Positions 25,171 through 31,983 of a DNA stretch of 31,983 nucleotides are shown here, piece after piece (position 1 is the first letter of the stretch; each line of letters starts with the position of its first letter). The DNA is taken from the NCBI GenBank assembly GCA_938008425.1, contig CALLKH010000350.1:1-31983 (forward strand). Direction: 5' to 3'. Source of the stretch: an uncultured Planctomycetaceae bacterium (GTDB taxonomy: Bacteria > Planctomycetota > Phycisphaerae > UBA1845 > UTPLA1). The notes below the pieces were generated by a model. It did no database searches and was not told the DNA's origin. It saw nothing but the letters and a program-made list of their open reading frames with translations. The position numbers and the translations under genes were made by a program.

Positions 25171-26175
25171 CTAGTCGTCGAACCCGATGATTCGACGTTT
25201 CTTCTTTGATCCGGCGCCCGGGTCGTTCGAGAGGCGCGTCTCAATCTCATGACTCTTCTTGCGCTTGTCGGCGGGGCGATCAGCCTCTCCGGCAGTCCGA
25301 TTTGAAGCGCCGGCGGAGTTCTGTCGCTGATCATTGCCGTTTGTACCTGCGGAGGACTTTCGTCTCGCGCCGGGGCCGCTCCTCGATCGATCCGTTCGAG
25401 AACGCCGGGGTTTGTTCACGCCGCTCTCGGCGCTGAATTCCCCGGACTCGCCGCCGGATTCCACGCACTTTTTCAGATATGCGACCTCATCGGGCAGGAG
25501 CGGCCGAACCGCCGCCACGGGCAGCTTGCGAATGTCAATTCGCCCCAGGGCGACGCGGATCATGTGCTTGACCTTCATCCCGTGCTTGGCGAGCACCCGT
25601 GGAATCTCGCGTTGCAGCCGATCATGTGACGAGACTTCGAGAATCGTGCGCTGGCGGTCGCCGTGCACCACCTTGACGACCATCGGCGATATCCGGCCTT
25701 CCGAGAGGCGCATCCCCTGCCGAAGCGCGGCCAGCGCGTCGGGTTCAACGGCGCCCTTGACTTCGACGCGATAGACCTTGGCCGGCCCGCGGCGCGGATC
25801 GGCGATAGCGCGTGCCAGATCCTTGTCATTCGTGAGCAGCACCAGGCCGGCGCAGTCGGGCTCGGTGCGGCCGACGGGATGAACCCGCTCGGGGATTCGG
25901 CTGATCAGCGGAGCGATGGTCTTTCGTCCTTCGAGATCGGATTCGTGGGTGTGGTATCCGGGCGGCTTGTTCAGAATGAAGTAGACGATGCGTGCGGCGC
26001 GGATCGGCTTCTTCTTCACCGTGATTCGATCCACCTCGGGATCAACGAACAGGGGCAGGGTGTCGCGGACGTGGGCATTCACGCGGACGTGGCCTTCCTC
26101 GACGAGTTGTTCACATTCGCGCCGTGAGCCGAAACCGGCGGCCGCGAGTATCTTCTGTATGCGTTCCAACGCCAT
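25171..26175 (-). CDS. RsuA/RluB-family S4-domain pseudouridine synthase homolog with an altered catalytic motif
   Basis: S4 domain ERIQKILAAAGFGSRRECEQLVEEGHV, YFILNKPPGY, HPVGRTEPDCAGLVLLTND, KVYRVEVKG, LIRVALG-like MIRVALG; GGAGG precedes ATG 26175; basic low-complexity C-tail. Confidence 0.85.
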   Translation of the reverse strand: MALERIQKILAAAGFGSRRECEQLVEEGHVRVNAHVRDTLPLFVDPEVDRITVKKKPIRAARIVYFILNKPPGYHTHESDLEGRKTIAPLISRIPERVHPVGRTEPDCAGLVLLTNDKDLARAIADPRRGPAKVYRVEVKGAVEPDALAALRQGMRLSEGRISPMVVKVVHGDRQRTILEVSSHDRLQREIPRVLAKHGMKVKHMIRVALGRIDIRKLPVAAVRPLLPDEVAYLKKCVESGGESGEFSAESGVNKPRRSRTDRSRSGPGARRKSSAGTNGNDQRQNSAGASNRTAGEADRPADKRKKSHEIETRLSNDPGAGSKKKRRIIGFDD

Positions 26176-26358
26176 CCGCGAAAACCTCCAAACCGTAAAG
26201 GTTATCCCGGCGGCGGGTTTCCCGCGACATCGAAGCGTGATCGGTCCTGCCTTTTCGGTCGTTGGTCGGCGCCGTGATGGGCGATCTTGACACGTTTTCG
26301 ACGCGGCGCTACCGTTGCGGCTCACGTTTTGAACAAGAAACCAAGGGGCGATTCAGGT

Positions 26359-26898
26359 ATGTCTAAGAGCGGAAAGCCGCCGGCGGTGGCTCTCAAGGGC
26401 GTATGGAGCGACGAGGCGCTGATCATTCGCGGGGGCAAGGGCGTCATCGACGGCGTCGCGGCCAGGCGGGCCCGGGTGCTGCCAGACGAACGCGGCCGGC
26501 TGGGGGAAATCCTTCGAGCCGACGATCCGTGGTTTCAAAAGTTCGGACAGGTGTACTTCACGACGACTTTTCCCGGTGTGGTCAAGGCCTGGCATTTTCA
26601 TAAGCTGCAAACGGACCATTTCTACTGCCTCCGCGGAACGGTAAAGCTTGGACTGTACGACGCCCGTGATGCATCCCCGACGCGCGGCGAGGTCAACGAG
26701 GTCTATCTCAGCGAGCATCGGCCAGCGCTGGTGCGAATTCCGCCCGGGGTCTATCACGGCTGGATGTGCGTCTCGGACGTCGAGTCCATCGTCGTCAATG
26801 TGACGACCGAGTGCTACAACTACGCGTCGCCGGATGAGTTTCGCGCCCACCCGCATGACAACGAGATTCCCTATGTCTGGTCGCGGCAGGATGGTTGA
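26359..26898 (+). CDS. dTDP-4-dehydrorhamnose 3,5-epimerase (RmlC)-like cupin
   Basis: PDERGRLGEILR, FGQVYFTTTFPGVVKAWHFHKLQTDHF, GTVKLGLYDARDASPT, LVRIPPGVYHGW. Confidence 0.85.
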   Translation: MSKSGKPPAVALKGVWSDEALIIRGGKGVIDGVAARRARVLPDERGRLGEILRADDPWFQKFGQVYFTTTFPGVVKAWHFHKLQTDHFYCLRGTVKLGLYDARDASPTRGEVNEVYLSEHRPALVRIPPGVYHGWMCVSDVESIVVNVTTECYNYASPDEFRAHPHDNEIPYVWSRQDG

Positions 26899-27047
26899 AG
26901 GACCGGCTGCGCACGACTGTTTCTGAAACAACGCCTTTCGGGCGGCCGGGGGATCTTGGGCTGGGCCCCCAATGGCTGCCGGGGCGCCCCGCGATCCGCG
27001 CCGAGGCATTGGGGTCGGGGGGCGTTCAACTTTGAAGGAGGTTTCGC

Positions 27048-28055
27048 GTGTCACGAGTGCAGAATCGATCGTTGATCAGTGCGGCGGTGGCAATCGGTCT
27101 GGCTGCGGTCGCCGGGTGTTCGCCGTCCGGCAGCTTCAAGATCACGGCGGTGCCGGAGGATCAGACGCTTCGCGAACAGGTGGTCTCGCGGGCGAAGGGA
27201 TTCGTCAGCGATCGCGTCGCGATCATCGACATTTCCGGCGTGCTCATGAACGCGCACGAGCCGGGTCTCTTCTCCGAGGGTGAACACGTCGTGTCACTCG
27301 CCGTCGAGAAGCTGGAGATGGCCGCGAATGATTCGCGCGTGAAGGCGGTCGTGCTTCGAATCAACTCCCCCGGCGGATCGGTGACGGCCAGCGATACGCT
27401 CTACCAGGAGATTCTGGCGTTCAAGAAGACGACCGGGAAGCCGGTGGTGGCGTTCTTCCAGGATGTCGCGGCCAGCGGTGGTTACTACCTGGCGTGTGCG
27501 GCTGACGAGATTATGGCCCAGCGATCGACGGTGACCGGATCGATCGGCGTGATCATGCAGATGCTGGATTTTTCCGGCGGCATGGCGAAATTAGGAATTT
27601 CCTCGGACGCGATCGTATCCGGCTCATTCAAGGACTCCGGATCGCCCCTGCGAAACATGCGCCCCGAGGAGCGAAAGCTGTTCCAGGCGATGGTGGACGG
27701 GTTCTACGCCCAGTTCGTGGATGTCGTGGCGGCGGGGCGGCCCAATCTGACCCGGGATCAGATCGTAAAGCTGGCTGACGGCAGGGTTTATCTCGCCCAG
27801 CAGGCCTTGGAACAGGGTCTGGTGGACGGCATCGGAACCATCCATGATGCGCTCGCGTCGGCCATGAAACGGGCGGGAATAAACCGGGCTCACGCAGTGA
27901 TATATCACAGGCCGCTGGCATGGACGCCGAATGTCTACGCACAGTCCCCCGGGGCCCCCAGCGCGGGTCCGACGGTGAATTTGATTAACGTGGAATTGCC
28001 ATTTGACTGGACATTGAGGCCGAAATTCATGTACATTTGGGACTGTCGTTCATGA
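27048..28055 (+). CDS. sppA: Signal peptide peptidase SppA (36K type, S49), lipoprotein-like N-terminus
   Basis: AVVLRINSPGGSVTASD, DVAASGGYYLACAADEI, TVTGSIGVI, SGSFKDSGSP, ADGRVYLAQQALEQGLVD; LAAVAG|C; AAGGAGG at 27035-27041 before the GTG start. Confidence 0.92.
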   Translation: MSRVQNRSLISAAVAIGLAAVAGCSPSGSFKITAVPEDQTLREQVVSRAKGFVSDRVAIIDISGVLMNAHEPGLFSEGEHVVSLAVEKLEMAANDSRVKAVVLRINSPGGSVTASDTLYQEILAFKKTTGKPVVAFFQDVAASGGYYLACAADEIMAQRSTVTGSIGVIMQMLDFSGGMAKLGISSDAIVSGSFKDSGSPLRNMRPEERKLFQAMVDGFYAQFVDVVAAGRPNLTRDQIVKLADGRVYLAQQALEQGLVDGIGTIHDALASAMKRAGINRAHAVIYHRPLAWTPNVYAQSPGAPSAGPTVNLINVELPFDWTLRPKFMYIWDCRS

Positions 28056-28210
28056 ATCTTCGCGCCAGCGTTTTCGACGGTAACCGGCGTCTTTGCCGGG
28101 ATCTACAGCGATCTATCTGATCGCGACAACCGTAGAAATGCTGGCGACCCAGTGGAGTGGAGATTCCTCTTCGGTACCGGTTAACGACAGGTCGTCTGGG
28201 AGCGGTCAAC

Positions 28211-29233
28211 ATGCCGCTGCAAGTGAGATGTCAATCATGCGAGCGAACCCTCGTCCTGGAACAGGTGTTCCAGGGCGCGCACTGCCTTTGCAAGCATTGC
28301 CGGCATCTCGTTGAAGTTCACCGACAGACCGCTGTCACCCGTCGAACCGGAAATCGTCCTGCTCATCCCCCGCGCGTCACCGCAATCGATTCGAATTACG
28401 TCGAACCGCTGCCCAGTCGTCGGGTTTCTCCGGCGCCCGGCCGGCGAGCGGCCTTCGGCTGGATTACCTCGCGAGTCAGCGTCCACCGAATCGCAGCAGG
28501 CTTTTCGATTGTCCTGGCCGTCCTGATCGGCATGGTGGTCTGGACGAATACCGGCGACGACAAGCGGGCCTTGCGACCGACGTACAACTGGGATTTCGCG
28601 GATGCGGGCGGCGAAGCGGCGTCGGACTCGAAAGGCGTCGTCCTCGCGTCGGCCAACCCCCGGGCAGCGATTCTTCGGAATGACCCGCTGTCGTCCTATT
28701 TCGGCGTTCCGCTTACGGGCAGCACCATCGGCTACGTGATCGACTGCGACGCGACCATGGCGCCGTACATCGACAAGCTCGCAGTCGTCACCAACTCGGT
28801 CAACTCGTTCCCGCCGCAGGGTTCGGTCAAGTTCGGCATCGTTCAGGCGATCGACGATCCCGACGGCTCCGAGCTCTATGTCGTTTATGAGCCCGGCACG
28901 GACCTGGCCGGCGCCAAAACGGTGCTGCATACCCGTCTCGCTTCCGGGCAGACCGATCTGCCACGGGCCTTCGGCGTCACCGAGGGTTGGTATTCGGATG
29001 AATTGTTCCTCGTCCTGGCGAAGCCGGTTTCGGAGACCGAAGTGGATCGCCTGACGCAGTTGGCCCAGCAGTCCGGCGCGGTGACCCACGTCATCGCTTT
29101 CGGCAGCGCCGCCGGCCAGCAAGGGCTGTCCCGCATTGCCGAATCGACCTCGGGCCAGTTCGTGCCGGTTTCGGATGAACTGCTCGACGCGCTCGTCGCC
29201 AAGTACGATGCACTCGCGGATCAGCCCGAGTAA
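28211..29233 (+). CDS. Membrane protein: N-terminal Zn ribbon, single TM helix, extracytoplasmic vWA-like domain
   Basis: VRCQSC...CLCKHC; TM AAGFSIVLAVLIGMVVW; YFGVPLTGSTIGYVIDCDATM...ELFLVL...VTHVIAFG...LSRIAESTSGQFV resembles a vWA fold. Start at ATG 28211. Confidence 0.65.
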   Translation: MPLQVRCQSCERTLVLEQVFQGAHCLCKHCRHLVEVHRQTAVTRRTGNRPAHPPRVTAIDSNYVEPLPSRRVSPAPGRRAAFGWITSRVSVHRIAAGFSIVLAVLIGMVVWTNTGDDKRALRPTYNWDFADAGGEAASDSKGVVLASANPRAAILRNDPLSSYFGVPLTGSTIGYVIDCDATMAPYIDKLAVVTNSVNSFPPQGSVKFGIVQAIDDPDGSELYVVYEPGTDLAGAKTVLHTRLASGQTDLPRAFGVTEGWYSDELFLVLAKPVSETEVDRLTQLAQQSGAVTHVIAFGSAAGQQGLSRIAESTSGQFVPVSDELLDALVAKYDALADQPE

Positions 29234-29422
29234 GTGCAAGACTGCTTCCCACCGCTTTAATCAACTCTGCGAATCGCCAGCATTCCAGTCTTTCTGGTTG
29301 ACCGTGGCTTTCGAGGCCGGTTTCATGCCGTTCTGCCGATCTATGATCATGTGCGGCGACTGCCCGCCCGGTTCGCAGGGAAGCGACCCACCGCGCGGCG
29401 AGGTCGCACGCGATCTGGAGAC

Positions 29423-31983
29423 ATGAAACGCGACATGACGGTTCTCAGTTCGCTCATCACGCTCAGTCTCATCACATCTTCGCATGACCTGACGGCTGCG
29501 ACGGTTGAAATGCCGCCCGAGCCGGCCGATGTCCGCAACCCGGCCGAGCCAGGCGATGGCGGTGGCCCGGCTGACCGCGCGGAGACGACCTACGTCAACG
29601 CGTCGTTCGAAGCGGCCGAGGCGCGGAAGAAGGCCCGCGACCGCGCGGCGCGCTCGGACTGGGCCGGCGCGGCGGCGGCGTTTCAGGAACTCTCAGAGAA
29701 GTACGGCGACCAATTGTTCAAGATCGGCGCGAACCGCTACGTGGGCGTTCGGCGGCAGGTATCCGCGGAGATCGCGGCGTGGCCGACGGCCGGGGTTGAA
29801 GCCTATGAAGCCGTGTTCGGCGCGATCGCCGCGGATCAGTTGCGTTCAGCGCTGAGGACGGCCGACCCCGCGCGACTCGCGGCGGTGGCCGAGCGGTATT
29901 TTGCGACGTCGGCCGGCGCATCGGCGCTCGACGCGGCCGCCGAGTCGGCCATCGAGCGCGGAGACTTTGCGACCGCGGAGGAGTGGTATGCCAGGCTCTT
30001 GACGCTGCATCCGGCGCGCGAATCGTCAGGTCCGCAGTGGCGGGTGAAGCGGGCGCTCTGCCAGGCGTGGATGGGTGAGCCCGCGGCGCTCAAGGCGCTG
30101 GCTGCCGCGCCAGACGATGCGGCAATGGAAGTGCGCGTCACCTGGGGCGGTAAGGATCGAACGCTGGGCCGATTCGCCCGTGAGATGGCCGACGAGATTC
30201 AGAACACGTTGTCGAGTGGGGGCTCGGCGCGGGCTGCGAAGGCGCCGGCAGTCTCGATGTTCGGTGGCGGCGCGGAACGGCTGGGCTTCTTCGATACGAC
30301 CGCGGTGCCGGAGGCAAGGCTCTGGCGGGCTTCGCTCGCGGAACCTGAGGACTCCTCGAGTGACCCTGAATTCGATTCAACCGAGTCGGCCGTTCACATC
30401 CGCGCCGTGCAGAGCGGCCGGCTTCTCGGCTCCGTTCCTGCATTTGGCGACGGAAAGGTCTTTATCGCTGACGCGATCGGCGTGCGGGCCTTCGCCGTCG
30501 GCCGATCGGAATCCGCGGAGTGGGAATATCGCGTCACCGGCGCCCCGAGCCGAACGACAGGATGGATCGGCGAAGACGAACCACCGGAGCAGTTCACCGC
30601 GCTTTACGCCGACGGGCGCGTCTATGCGGCGGTCATGCTGCCGTCGGGAAACGATCCCACCGGCGAAGGCGAAAGTGAAGGCGAAGATCGCATCGCGGCG
30701 ATCGTGTGTCTCGACGCCGGCGACGGTCGACTCATCTGGCGGCGCGAGGTGAACTCGCTTGGAACGTCATTCGAGGAGATCTCGCTCGACGGCGCGCCGA
30801 TCCTTCATGCGGGCCGGCTCTTCACCGTGGCGCGGCGCAGAAAGGGGTTCGGCTTCGAGGCGTGTTTGCTGCTCTGTCTTGAGCCCGCCGACGGCCGCCT
30901 CCTCTGGAGCACGCACGTCGGCGAGGCGGCGACGGGCAGTTACGGCTACACACATCCGACGCGCGCCCATCCGGCGGCGTTCGGCGATCGGGTGTTCGTC
31001 AACTCGAATCTGGGCACGGTGGCCGCGGTCTCCGCGTCGACGGGCAGCGTTGAATGGCTGATGACATACTCCTCGCGATTCGCTGACGAAGGCGAAGCCG
31101 TGTGGCCGACGCGATTCGGCCAGCCGATCCGGTCCTGGCAGTATCAGCCGGCAATGGTCTGGAACGACGCCGTCGTGTGTGCGCCGATGGACCTGGAAGA
31201 GCTTCTCATTCTGAATCGAGGCGATGGCGCGATTGTTCGCCGCGTGCGGCTCGAGCGGCTTTTCAATCCGGAGTCGATTCTCGGCGTGCATGGCAGGTAC
31301 CTGTACGCCGTCGGCGGGCAGGTCGTCTGCTTCGATCTCGAACGCGGTGAAGTCAAATGGCAGCGTCCGCTGGCGGAAGGGCGATTGTTCGGCCGCGGCG
31401 CGGTTGCGTCGAACGGTGTCTATGTTCCGACGCCGGCCGCACTCTTGCGCTATCCGCTCGACGGCGGCGGCGCGACGCGTTTTCACTGGCGGATCGAGGA
31501 GGCGGGCAATCTGCTTCCGCTGGATGATCAGATTGTTTCGGCGGGCGCCGATGTGGTCTCGGGTTTCATCGCGAAGAACGAAGCGTACGACCGGCTGGAG
31601 CGGCGGGTTCGCGATCACGCCGAGGGCGATCCTTCGGCCGTTCTCGCCCTCGCGGAACTGGCGTTTTCAACCGGCGACGACGAGCGCGGACTGTCAGAAT
31701 CGCGGGCCGCGTTCGAAATCGCGATGAAGGCGCGGGCAGCGGGTGACGAAGCGATGATCCGTCGATTGTTCCCCCGGCTGATGCGGTTCTCGGAACTGAT
31801 CACGGAGGATCCGAAGCCGGACGCCACCGGGCAGAAGGGAACCGTTGCCCGCGAGCGACTCACAACCGCTGATTCACTGATGCGGCTCGCCGGCGGTTGC
31901 GCGACGGACGCGGCCAGCCAGATCGAATTCCGATTTGTGTCAGGAAGACTCGGGCTGATTCGTGAGGACGCGCGGGCGGCGAT
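29423..31983 (+). CDS. Large secreted TPR / PQQ-binding-like beta-propeller repeat protein (3' truncated; absent from the ORF track because there is no stop in the window)
   Basis: GGAG (29417-29420) then ATG 29423; my translation finds no stop to the window end. Propeller blades CLDAGDGRLIWRR, CLEPADGRLLWST, NLGTVAAVSASTGSVEWL, CFDLERGEVKWQR; TPR-like AAESAIERGDFATAEEWY. Confidence 0.85.
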   Translation, partial: MKRDMTVLSSLITLSLITSSHDLTAATVEMPPEPADVRNPAEPGDGGGPADRAETTYVNASFEAAEARKKARDRAARSDWAGAAAAFQELSEKYGDQLFKIGANRYVGVRRQVSAEIAAWPTAGVEAYEAVFGAIAADQLRSALRTADPARLAAVAERYFATSAGASALDAAAESAIERGDFATAEEWYARLLTLHPARESSGPQWRVKRALCQAWMGEPAALKALAAAPDDAAMEVRVTWGGKDRTLGRFAREMADEIQNTLSSGGSARAAKAPAVSMFGGGAERLGFFDTTAVPEARLWRASLAEPEDSSSDPEFDSTESAVHIRAVQSGRLLGSVPAFGDGKVFIADAIGVRAFAVGRSESAEWEYRVTGAPSRTTGWIGEDEPPEQFTALYADGRVYAAVMLPSGNDPTGEGESEGEDRIAAIVCLDAGDGRLIWRREVNSLGTSFEEISLDGAPILHAGRLFTVARRRKGFGFEACLLLCLEPADGRLLWSTHVGEAATGSYGYTHPTRAHPAAFGDRVFVNSNLGTVAAVSASTGSVEWLMTYSSRFADEGEAVWPTRFGQPIRSWQYQPAMVWNDAVVCAPMDLEELLILNRGDGAIVRRVRLERLFNPESILGVHGRYLYAVGGQVVCFDLERGEVKWQRPLAEGRLFGRGAVASNGVYVPTPAALLRYPLDGGGATRFHWRIEEAGNLLPLDDQIVSAGADVVSGFIAKNEAYDRLERRVRDHAEGDPSAVLALAELAFSTGDDERGLSESRAAFEIAMKARAAGDEAMIRRLFPRLMRFSELITEDPKPDATGQKGTVARERLTTADSLMRLAGGCATDAASQIEFRFVSGRLGLIREDARAA

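Noticed and set aside
28141-28157. Possible sigma54 promoter (CTGGCGACCCAGTGGAG) before the vWA-like gene
   Set aside because: The -24 GG is present but the -12 GC is missing.

Overview
High-GC bacterial chromosomal window, most likely from a planctomycete of the Phycisphaerae type. This is inferred from a DUF1559-like prepilin, GACC cysteine repeats with a C-terminal dockerin-like tail, YYWRVD...WxFTT repeats and a PQQ-propeller/TPR protein. It holds about 21 genes, left to right: the tail of a repeat surface protein; gatB; a PhoR/PhoB-like two-component pair; a signal-peptide-bearing DUF2252 kinase-like protein; a divergent prepilin plus a large lamin-tail-domain (LTD) secreted protein; ugd; a Zn-binding methyltransferase; class II ribonucleotide reductase (nrdJ) with tandem NrdR boxes; a secreted double-thioredoxin protein; ligA broken by one in-frame TAG; a lipoprotein; a UvrC-N-terminal-like protein; a methyltransferase; pyrD; a REP/REPIN-like hairpin cluster; an RluB-like pseudouridine synthase; an RmlC-like cupin; sppA; a Zn-ribbon/vWA-like membrane protein; and the start of a PQQ-propeller protein. 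No tRNA, rRNA, CRISPR, transposase or phage genes were seen. Main leads: (1) a candidate Pho-controlled export module (Pho-box-like array, prepilin, LTD protein, exported kinase-like protein) next to phoBR; (2) an amber codon that cuts domain Ia off an otherwise intact LigA; (3) covarying REP-like hairpins; (4) apparent pseudo-enzymes (RluB-like GRTE instead of GRLD; nuclease-dead UvrC-like protein). All family assignments come from motif recognition by eye; no database search was run.
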